Source of the DNA: Pirellula staleyi DSM 6068
GTDB lineage: Bacteria; Planctomycetota; Planctomycetia; Pirellulales; Pirellulaceae
Assembly: GCA_000025185.1 (NCBI GenBank)
Contig: CP001848.1
Coordinates: 1,080,001-1,112,000 of the forward strand
Reading direction: 5' to 3'
DNA: 32,000 nucleotides
Positions 8,453 through 16,522 of the stretch are shown here, one piece after another. The notes beneath the pieces were generated by a model, which was given only the letters and a program-made list of their open reading frames with translations, was not told where the DNA came from and did no database searches. The position numbers and the translations under genes were made by a program. Position 1 is the first letter of the stretch. Each line of letters opens with the position of its first letter.

Positions 8453-9378
8453 GTCAGCACCCCTTTCGGAATCGTTCGAAAGGGCCAAAACGTGATCGCC
8501 AGCAAACTCAGTTTCTTCCACTTCGAAAGGACCGGACGACGAACGAGCGGCTGATAGTTGGCATCGCGCACCGCATCGCAAATGGCAAGTCCGCCACGAA
8601 TGAATAGCTCGATGCTCCGGCGAAATTCGCGCGGCACGCGCGGCAGCAAATCCCAGCCTCGGCGAATGCTTTGACGCGCGTCGACCACTGCAGCTTCGAG
8701 GACCATTTGCAAATCGCTGTCGGTTTGATAATCGAGCAGTCGCTCGCGATCGATCTCGGTGCCGCCGAGCGCTTCAGCCGGCAGGTAGATTCGTCCGCGC
8801 TCGAAGTCCCGCCGCAGATCTTGCCAAAAATTAATCAGCTGTAGTCCCGTGCAAACGAAGTCCGAAAGTGCCATCGATACATCATCGCGCACATCGGCTA
8901 GCTCGAGGACCAAACGCCCCACAGGATTGGCGCTGCGGCGGCAATAGTCGTCGAGCTCACGCCAAGTGGCATAACGCGTCGTCTGCTGATCTTGTCGAAA
9001 CGCGCTCAGCAGATCGTGAAGCGGCGCGAAGGAGAGTTGCTTCGCTTGCACTGTGGCGGCAAGCGCAACAAACACCGGATGCGTCGCGTTTTGCCCCTGC
9101 TCCAGCGCGTCGAGCTGCTGCTGCCACCAGCCGAGCAAATGGGTCGCTTCTTCCGGCGTTTTGGCTTCGTCGGCCAGATCGTCGGCCCAGCGGCAATAGG
9201 CATAGAGGCTGGCGAAATGGTCGCGCAAGTGATGCGGCAGAAAGAGGTGCACGACCTGAAAATTCTCGTAATGCTCGCGCGCCAGCTGACGGCAATAGGC
9301 TTGCGATTCGGCCAGCGTCGGCACGCCCCGAGTGGGTGCCTCGGGACCATAGCGGAGAAGTTCTGCTGCCAAATCCAT
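8449..9378 (-). CDS. hpnC: Hydroxysqualene synthase (SQS/PSY family)
   Basis: Motifs YCRWADDLADEA and INFWQDLRRDFERGRIYLP. It is the first gene of the C-D-E order. I prefer the ATG at 9378 (MDLAAELLRYG...) over the TTG at 9408. The C versus D assignment rests on gene order and on motif flavour recalled from memory. Confidence 0.8.
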   Translation of the reverse strand: MDLAAELLRYGPEAPTRGVPTLAESQAYCRQLAREHYENFQVVHLFLPHHLRDHFASLYAYCRWADDLADEAKTPEEATHLLGWWQQQLDALEQGQNATHPVFVALAATVQAKQLSFAPLHDLLSAFRQDQQTTRYATWRELDDYCRRSANPVGRLVLELADVRDDVSMALSDFVCTGLQLINFWQDLRRDFERGRIYLPAEALGGTEIDRERLLDYQTDSDLQMVLEAAVVDARQSIRRGWDLLPRVPREFRRSIELFIRGGLAICDAVRDANYQPLVRRPVLSKWKKLSLLAITFWPFRTIPKGVLT

Positions 9379-9450
9379 GGCCCGTGTGACTCTTTCTGCG
9401 ACTCGCAACTTGCTGCAACGATCGATCTGGCGCGTGATGCCCTTGCCAGA

Positions 9451-10803
9451 TTAACGAGAGACGTGGCAGCCTGGAAGCTCACGACGCAGTCGCTCGGCTC
9501 CATCGGCAGAAACTTCAGAGCCATGCAAATAGACCGTTTGCAGCGAGCGGATTTTCGACAGCGACTCGATCGCCCCGTCGGTCACCGCCGTCTTCGACAG
9601 CCACAAGGTCTTCAGACGTGTCATCCCCACCAGTTGCTCGATCTGTTTGTCGGTGACATTCGTGTGATCGAGTCCCAGGATCTCGATGTTCTCAAGCCCC
9701 ACCAGATGCTGGAGCGCTACGTCGTCGAGCTGCACCCCTTTGAGCGAAAGATAGCGCAGCGACGCCAGCTTCATCAGATGCGAGAAGCCAGGTCCCTTCA
9801 CTTGCGTGGCCGGCATGAAGAGCGAGCGGAGCGTGGAAATCTTGGCCACCTCGAGCATCCCTTCGTCGGTCACGCGCGTGGCATCGAGCCACAGAGTGTC
9901 GAGCATCGCAAACTTGGGGAGCTTCGTAAGACCCGCGTCGGTGACTTCGGTGAAGTCGAGTCCAAGCGACATCAGCTTCGGAAATTCAGGAAGCTCTTGC
10001 AAATCGCGATCGTCGATCGGCAGCTGTTTGAGCGACAGGTACTCGAGATCGACCAGTGGCGCGAGGGTCGCTAGTCCACCGCCACTGAGCTTCGTGCTAC
10101 CGAGGAAAAGACGCTTAATTTCAGGGATTTTTGCCAGTTTTGGCAGCACAGCGTCGGTGACATCCGAGCCTTCGAGCGACAGCCACTGAATGTTGCCGAG
10201 TTGCACGACATGGTCGACCCCTTCGTCGCCACCGAGCCAACCTTGACGAATCTGAATCGAGTAGGGACCCCGTCCATGATCTTGCGCGTTCACCGTTCCG
10301 CCGAGTCGACGAATCTCTTCGATGGCGCGATCTTCCCGCGCCACTTGCAAGCGGCGCAGGGCCGACGCGGCGTTGCGGCTGGTGACCCCCATCGATTGCT
10401 CGGCGAGTTGCGCGAGGGCTTGCTCGGCAAGGTGCGTCGGATCACGCGGCGAAAGACCAAGGTCGCACAGCAGCTCGAGCGCTCGATGGCGCACTTCCGC
10501 GTCGCTGCTCGAGGCAGCGCCGGTCAAATGGTCCACCGCTTCGATCCCCGCTTCTCGCAGCGTCAAAAAGCCCCGCTGTCGCTCGCTGAACTCGCTGCTG
10601 GCGAGCAGCAGCACAGCCTCGTCGAGATCGGCGCTACTGCTCCGCTCGATCGTGCTCGTGACTGGCTCCTCAGCCTGCACTGTGTGCGTGACAAGCACTA
10701 GCCAGAGCGCGGCGATCAGCGTGGTGGCAAGCCCCGCGCGCAGCGCCAGCCGCTGCGGCGAAAGAGATTCCGAGATTCGATGTGTAAGGGGCATGCTTTC
10801 CAT
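9451..10803 (-). CDS. Secreted leucine-rich repeat (RNI-like LRR) protein with N-terminal helical-repeat region
   Basis: Signal/TM segment LATTLIAALWLVLVTHTVQAEE. There are about 10 repeats of L..L.L..T.VTD.GL..L (LDFTEVTDAGLTKL, LDATRVTDEGMLEV, LDHTNVTDKQIEQL, LSKTAVTDGAIESL). Confidence 0.8.
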   Translation of the reverse strand: MESMPLTHRISESLSPQRLALRAGLATTLIAALWLVLVTHTVQAEEPVTSTIERSSSADLDEAVLLLASSEFSERQRGFLTLREAGIEAVDHLTGAASSSDAEVRHRALELLCDLGLSPRDPTHLAEQALAQLAEQSMGVTSRNAASALRRLQVAREDRAIEEIRRLGGTVNAQDHGRGPYSIQIRQGWLGGDEGVDHVVQLGNIQWLSLEGSDVTDAVLPKLAKIPEIKRLFLGSTKLSGGGLATLAPLVDLEYLSLKQLPIDDRDLQELPEFPKLMSLGLDFTEVTDAGLTKLPKFAMLDTLWLDATRVTDEGMLEVAKISTLRSLFMPATQVKGPGFSHLMKLASLRYLSLKGVQLDDVALQHLVGLENIEILGLDHTNVTDKQIEQLVGMTRLKTLWLSKTAVTDGAIESLSKIRSLQTVYLHGSEVSADGAERLRRELPGCHVSR

Positions 10804-10901
10804 CGTCTACCGGCGGTGTGGCGCGGTCAAGTTTTGCCGCCAAGTTTTCCTGCGTGAAACGAGAAAAACTGGCGTCCCCGTCGCTTCTGTGACAGCAGCC
10901 G

Positions 10902-12302
10902 CTACTCGAGCACCACCTGCTGGCAATACTCGGGCACCAGCACGTTAAACCCTTTTTCAGCCGCGATTTCCTTGGCCATTTGCAGCGCCACCTTTTCTTC
11001 GCCATGCGTCAAAAAGACCTGCTTGGGGGGCTTTTCGAACGCGCCGAGCCAGTGATGCAGATCGTCGCGGTCGCCATGTCCCGAGAACCCAAAAATCTGG
11101 GCAATGTCGGCCCGCACCCGGAAGTTTTGGCCATGGATCCGAACTTCCCGCTGACGATCGAGAATCTGCCGTCCGAGTGTCCCTTCCGATTGATGACCGA
11201 CGAACAAAATCGTCGATTCAGGGCGCTCGATATTCTGCCGCAAGTGATGCTTAATTCGCCCGGCGTTGCACATCCCGCTACTCGCCATGATGACGCAGGG
11301 GCCGGTGTAGTTGTTGATCGCCTTGCTTTGCTCCGCCGTCCGGACCATCGAGAGCCCGGGGAATTTGAGGGGCGAACCATGCGTTTGCATCGACGACCAC
11401 ATCGCTTCGTCGAAACAGTCGCTGAACTTGTGAAAGACTTCGGTGACATCGACCGCCATCGGGCTATCGAGAAACACCTTCACTGCCGGAATCTTTTGCT
11501 GATGAACGAGCCTGCCGATGTGATACATCAGCTCTTGTGCGCGCTCGACAGCAAAGGTCGGGATCACTACATTGCCGCCGCGCGTGTGCGTTTCATTAAT
11601 CACGCGCGCCATCTGATCTTCGACATCGCCCCCCTCTTTATGCAGGCGATCGCCGTAGGTCGATTCCATGATCACATAGTCGGCTGATTTCAGCAGCGTC
11701 GGGTCGCGAATGATCGGTTTGTTCCACTGTCCGATATCGCCCGAGAAGACGATGGTGCGCGTCAACCCTTCTTCGGTCACGCGCAGCTCGATCATCGCCG
11801 AGCCGAGAATGTGTCCCGCTTCAAAAAAAGTGGCCTGAAAGCCGGGAATGACATCGATCCGCTTTCCGTACATCACCCCTTCGCACAGCGGCAGCGTCTG
11901 ATCGACATCGTCGACGGTATAGAGCGGTCGCTCTTCGAACTTTCCTTTGCGCCCTTCGCGCTCGTGACGCTTCTTTTTATAGGCCGCATCTTCCTGCTGA
12001 ATCTCGGCTGAATCGCGGAGCATGATATCGAGCAGGCCAATCGTGGGGCGTGTGCCGATGATCGGTCCGCTGAATCCTTCGCGCACCAGTTTGGGAACGA
12101 GTCCCACGTGATCGATGTGCACATGCGTGAGCAGCAGCGCGTCGATCGTGTGGGCATCGACGGGGGTTGGATTCCAGTTGCGATCTTGGAACTGACGTTC
12201 CTGAAACAGACCGCAGTCGATCATCACGCGCCGGCCCCCAGCTTCCACGCAGTAGCGCGAGCCGGTGACCTGACGATTTGCGCCGAGAAAATAGAGCTTC
12301 AT
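10902..12302 (-). CDS. MBL-fold beta-CASP ribonuclease (RNA-metabolising metallo-beta-lactamase)
   Basis: HxHxDH motif LLLTHVHIDHVG, N-terminal MKLYFLGANRQVTGSRYCVEAGG..MIDCG, beta-CASP-type ESTYGDR, and C-terminal GFSGHGD...L..W. Length is 466 aa. Confidence 0.85.
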   Translation of the reverse strand: MKLYFLGANRQVTGSRYCVEAGGRRVMIDCGLFQERQFQDRNWNPTPVDAHTIDALLLTHVHIDHVGLVPKLVREGFSGPIIGTRPTIGLLDIMLRDSAEIQQEDAAYKKKRHEREGRKGKFEERPLYTVDDVDQTLPLCEGVMYGKRIDVIPGFQATFFEAGHILGSAMIELRVTEEGLTRTIVFSGDIGQWNKPIIRDPTLLKSADYVIMESTYGDRLHKEGGDVEDQMARVINETHTRGGNVVIPTFAVERAQELMYHIGRLVHQQKIPAVKVFLDSPMAVDVTEVFHKFSDCFDEAMWSSMQTHGSPLKFPGLSMVRTAEQSKAINNYTGPCVIMASSGMCNAGRIKHHLRQNIERPESTILFVGHQSEGTLGRQILDRQREVRIHGQNFRVRADIAQIFGFSGHGDRDDLHHWLGAFEKPPKQVFLTHGEEKVALQMAKEIAAEKGFNVLVPEYCQQVVLE

Positions 12303-12835
12303 GATCTTACCGAGTTGTTACAAAGTGATTTAGCAATTTCGAAAGAGTTATGGCACACTTACGTATCGTCTGCTGGGAAATCTGCCAGCAGCAAGCGCGC
12401 TGCCGCGACGAGTGTCGCGGTGGAAAAAGCCGGGAAATTTCGGCTCGCGCGACGCTCCCTCACCATCACGACCGCCAGCCGACCTGGGTGAAACGTGTGC
12501 AACCTGACGAGGAGATCGATTGTAGCGGATCGGCTGTCGCCGTGCTGCAGAGCAGACGCTCGGGGGCGAGTTTCGATCCGCTGCGGAAAGCTAGTGTTAC
12601 AGAGTCGTTACGGCGCAGCGACCAATTGGAGAACCAAGTTTCGGGCTCGATCGTCTAAACTGCGCGAAGTGAATTGCAAGACTTATCGATCGAACTCCTC
12701 TACACGATCCCACGGAGCAACTGCTGAAGCGTTGCCTCCGACCCACATAACAGCAGACGCTGGCTCTGCCAGCGCCACGAACCATTACCGAACTTTAGCT
12801 TGGCCAAGATTGCCACTGTCGTAAGGACCCTCTCC

Positions 12836-15800
12836 ATGAAGCCGACCTCGTTACTTTTTGAGAGAAGTGCCGCGCGTTGGTGCGCGCCGCTGATCGTCGG
12901 GCTGGTGATGCTCGCTGCAGTCACTGCCAGCATCGCGCAGGAATCTCCCATTCCACCTCCTGGTGCAGGGCTCGGTGGTCCTGACGTGACACTCCCCGGG
13001 ACACTCGGCGATCTGGCCAATCCCGACACCGCCAAAAATTTGCAGGACGAAAGCGAGCCGGTCGACGACAACTCGATTCGCGAGCGCACGATTTACATTC
13101 CCTATCAGCGGCTCAAATCGCTCTTCGAAAAACAGGGACGAGGGGTCTTCCTGCCGTACGAAAAATTCGAAGAGCTGTGGCGTGCTGCTCGCATGGCCAC
13201 CGCCCGCCCCGAAGATCCCAAACCACCGGTCAGCGCGCTCATCACCTCGATCGATAGCAAAGCCACGGTCGAGCAAGATGTGATGCGTGTGAACGCTACG
13301 ATTCAAATCGAGCTCCTCTCCAAAGGTTGGCACTCGATTCCACTCCGCCTCTCGGAGGCTGCGATTCGCTCGGCGATGATCGGTGGCAAACCGGCCCGCG
13401 TCATCGCGACCCCAACCGGCTATCAGCTGCTGCTGAAACACAACGACAAAGAGCCAGCTCAGCTGACACTCGAACTCGACTACTCCCGCGCCTATGCCAA
13501 AGAGCCAGGCAATAATCGAGTCAATTTCGATGCGCCACAGGCCCCAGTGAATCGCTGGGAAATTCGGATTCCGCAGCCCGGTGTGCAGGTGCAAGTTCGT
13601 CCGCAGCTGTCGACCACCGAGAGCCCTATGGGGATGATGGAAGCTGCTCCCGAGAACAAAGAAACGGTTGTGCAAGCGCTCGTCGGAGCGGCTGAGCAGG
13701 TGGAAATCTCCTGGACTGCAAAATCGGAAGGGGCCGCTGGTCTCACGGCGCTGGTCACTTCGCAAGTGCGCCAGGAAGTGACGATCGACGAAGGGGTGAT
13801 TCGGACCCGGGCCACCATTCAGTACGACATCACGCGCGCCGATCTCAAAGAACTGCGCGTGGAAGTTCCCGCTGAGCATGACGTCGTGAACGTGTTCGAT
13901 CCCAACGTACAGAAGTGGGAAAAAACCGTCGCCGATGGAGTGCAAACGATTGTCGTGCAGTTGTTTCAAGGAGCACGCGGCACGCAAAATCTGACGATCG
14001 AACTCGAGCGTTTTCTCGGCGATAAAGAGATGCCGCAAGAGATGCAGCGGCAAGAGATTTTGGCGCCAGTGATTCGCGCGGTCGGTGTGATTCGTCAGCA
14101 AGGGCTCGTGCTGGTGCGTCTTGCTCCATCGCTCCGCGCGGAAGTGACAGCCCGCACCAACTTGTTCCAGATCGATGCCTCGGAACTTCCTGAAGCGGTC
14201 GCCGGACAGCAGTTCGCTTTTTCGTTCCGCTATGCGACCCTTCCGTTTCAGCTCGCCATGATCGTCGAGAAGGTACAGCCGCTCGTCGAGGTCGATCAAC
14301 TCGTGGAGGTGTATGTCGAACCTCAGCAGACGCACATCAGCTTGCTGGCGATCTACAACATTCAGCGCGCGGGGGTGTTTCAGCTACAGCTCGATGTCCC
14401 CGAAGGGTACGACGTTCGGCAGGTGCAAGGTCGCGCTGCCGCTGGCGCTGAAGCGCTGCTGGTCGACTCGTTTCACGTCGATGATGTGATGGTCGATGGG
14501 AAGCCACAAAAAACGAAACTGATCGTCAACCTCGCACGGAAAGCGATGGGGCTCCTCGGCCTGCAGGTCGAACTCGATCGTCGTCAGGAAGATCAGAACC
14601 TGCTACTTCCTACGGGAAAATCGTCGGTTTTGTCGATTCCTGTCCCACGCGTAGCGAGTCTCGGCGTCCATCGCGCGGCGGGCAAACTCATCCTTTATGC
14701 TCCAGAAAGTTTGCGCATCTCGCCGACCGAACAAAAAGGTTTGCGAGCGATCTCTCCTGCCGAAGCACTGGTTGGGACGCAAAGCATTCGCGATGGCCGG
14801 TTCGGCGCAACGCGCGAACTTCTGGCCTATGCCTTCACGCAAGATCCAGTCAGTTTGGTGATCGATGCCGAACGACGTCAGCCGCAAATTACCTCGCGGC
14901 AATGGCTTGCTGTGAATGTCGAGCCAGGGGTGGTGAAGTATCGTTCGACCTTCTTCACGGAAGTCCGCTACAGTGGCGTGAAGAAATTGCGGATCGATAT
15001 GCCCAAGGCGCTTTACCCAGCGCAGATTCGCAATCAAACCGGCGCGATTCGCGATGCAGTAATGGCCCCTCAGCCCGACGATGTGGCGGAAGGTATGGTC
15101 GCCGTCGAGCTCTCGGCCGAAGGAGAATTCCTCGGCGCGAGTGAAGTGGTGTTTGCCTGGGAACAGAAGCTGGCGTCGCTCGAAGTGGGCAAGCCGCTGA
15201 AGATCACCCCGCCAAGTCTCGTCCCCAAGGGGGTCGATCGTCATCATGGACAAATCACGATTTCCAAGGAAGAAACGATCGATATTGGGATCGACAAACA
15301 GTCGTCGTCCCTTCGTCCGATCGATCCCCAGCGCGACTTGATGCAAGGTGTCGCGGCGAGCGATGCAGCTCGCGCACTCGAGTATCACGACGACTGGGAG
15401 CTCACGATCTTGGCGACTCGCTACCAGCTGGAAGAGGTGAAACGGACCAGCATCGAGCTGGCCCTCATTCGGATGGTGGTGACCCGCTCGAATCAAGTGA
15501 GTGTGCAAGCGCTCTACCGACTCCGCAGCGCGCGGCAACGTCTGCCGATGAAGTTGCCCGCGAGTGTGAATACCGAAACAGCGTTCGACACGCAGCCGCT
15601 GCAAATCAACGGGATGCCGGCGCAGCTCGAGAAAGATGCCACGCAGCTGTACATTCCGCTGGCGGGACAAAAAACGGATGCTCCGGTGCTGGTTGAACTG
15701 CGCTATACCTACGACGGTTCAGCGTCGGATCTCGCCCTTCCAGAGTTCTCGGAAGAGCCAGCGATTCAGCAGGTGTATGTCGCGGTCTACTTGCCCGAAG

Positions 15801-16522
15801 AGCAATCGATTCTCGGCGTGAGTGGACCTTGGAACGATCTCGAGCAGCCGAGCTTTCCACGTAACAAATCGTATGTCCGGGTCCCGACCGATGCCGATTT
15901 GCTCGGTCAACTTCGTGCGGGTATTTCAGGCTGCGAGATTGCGGGACAAAGTTTTCCGATCGATGGCCAGCGGCGCTTGCTCTCGGCGATTCGTCCGACA
16001 GCAGGTGAACCAGGCGCGATTCATATCACGTCGATGCACGAGCGAACCCTTTCGATTCTCGTCTTCCTGGCACTTGCGATTGCAGGTGTCGCCCTGACGG
16101 TGCGGCCACTGGTCGAGCGAGTTTGGGTGCTCGCCGCGGTGCTTGTCGCGCTGGTGCTGCTGGCGGTGATTGCTCCGACTCTCTCGGCCGCGCTGATGAA
16201 CACACCACTGGCCGCCGCGCTGCTGGTGGTCTTGGCGGCGTGGATCATTCGGGCCGCACTCTGGTGGGGTCCTCAATGCCTGGCAACTTGTCAGGCGGCG
16301 ACCCATCAGTGGCTTGCCGCGCGTGGCACACCGGTCGCCACCGCCACTTCCGCAGGTGCTGCCAGCGCCAGTCCGTTTGCTAGTGCCCCGGCTAGTAGCA
16401 CGACCGAATCGAGCTCCTCCGCAACTAGTCCAACACCACCGACTTCGCCTCCCACCGACTCCAGCAGCGCACCGGCTGACGACAGCTCGAGCCACACGAA
16501 AGGAGACGAGCACCATGGTTAA
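12836..16522 (+). CDS. Giant module A: signal peptide, ~1100-aa beta-rich ectodomain, C-terminal multi-TM anchor, Ser/Thr/Pro tail; unknown family
   Basis: The ATG at 12836 has AAGGA about 10 nt upstream. Signal peptide: MKPTSLLFERSAARWCAPLIVGLVMLAAVTASIAQE. TM cluster: LSILVFLALAIAGVALTV..VWVLAAVLVALVLLAVIAP..LAAALLVVLAAWII. Tail: SSTTESSSSATSPTPPTSPPTDSSS. It is paralogous to both halves of the next ORF. Confidence 0.85.
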   Translation: MKPTSLLFERSAARWCAPLIVGLVMLAAVTASIAQESPIPPPGAGLGGPDVTLPGTLGDLANPDTAKNLQDESEPVDDNSIRERTIYIPYQRLKSLFEKQGRGVFLPYEKFEELWRAARMATARPEDPKPPVSALITSIDSKATVEQDVMRVNATIQIELLSKGWHSIPLRLSEAAIRSAMIGGKPARVIATPTGYQLLLKHNDKEPAQLTLELDYSRAYAKEPGNNRVNFDAPQAPVNRWEIRIPQPGVQVQVRPQLSTTESPMGMMEAAPENKETVVQALVGAAEQVEISWTAKSEGAAGLTALVTSQVRQEVTIDEGVIRTRATIQYDITRADLKELRVEVPAEHDVVNVFDPNVQKWEKTVADGVQTIVVQLFQGARGTQNLTIELERFLGDKEMPQEMQRQEILAPVIRAVGVIRQQGLVLVRLAPSLRAEVTARTNLFQIDASELPEAVAGQQFAFSFRYATLPFQLAMIVEKVQPLVEVDQLVEVYVEPQQTHISLLAIYNIQRAGVFQLQLDVPEGYDVRQVQGRAAAGAEALLVDSFHVDDVMVDGKPQKTKLIVNLARKAMGLLGLQVELDRRQEDQNLLLPTGKSSVLSIPVPRVASLGVHRAAGKLILYAPESLRISPTEQKGLRAISPAEALVGTQSIRDGRFGATRELLAYAFTQDPVSLVIDAERRQPQITSRQWLAVNVEPGVVKYRSTFFTEVRYSGVKKLRIDMPKALYPAQIRNQTGAIRDAVMAPQPDDVAEGMVAVELSAEGEFLGASEVVFAWEQKLASLEVGKPLKITPPSLVPKGVDRHHGQITISKEETIDIGIDKQSSSLRPIDPQRDLMQGVAASDAARALEYHDDWELTILATRYQLEEVKRTSIELALIRMVVTRSNQVSVQALYRLRSARQRLPMKLPASVNTETAFDTQPLQINGMPAQLEKDATQLYIPLAGQKTDAPVLVELRYTYDGSASDLALPEFSEEPAIQQVYVAVYLPEEQSILGVSGPWNDLEQPSFPRNKSYVRVPTDADLLGQLRAGISGCEIAGQSFPIDGQRRLLSAIRPTAGEPGAIHITSMHERTLSILVFLALAIAGVALTVRPLVERVWVLAAVLVALVLLAVIAPTLSAALMNTPLAAALLVVLAAWIIRAALWWGPQCLATCQAATHQWLAARGTPVATATSAGAASASPFASAPASSTTESSSSATSPTPPTSPPTDSSSAPADDSSSHTKGDEHHG

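Noticed and set aside
8453-8581. 133-nt overlap between hpnC and the track's long hpnD ORF.
   Set aside because: An in-frame GTG at 8452 forms a GTGA overlap with the hpnC stop and gives a ~296-aa protein starting just before the conserved YQHCGQLAR.. region. The extension has no homology-like content.
12520-12590. tRNA-like appearance of the AGCGGATCG...GAGTTTCGATCCGCT segment.
   Set aside because: The 9-bp terminal stem is too long for an acceptor stem. There is no T-arm complement for GCGAG, no D-arm, and no anticodon-arm geometry.
16314-16514. 67-codon N-terminal extension of the giant B/C ORF given in the track.
   Set aside because: It is the alternate frame of module A's Ser/Thr/Pro tail (translation PRVAHRSPPPLPQVLPAPVRLL...). 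The ATG at 16515 has an AGGAG and is followed immediately by a proper signal peptide.
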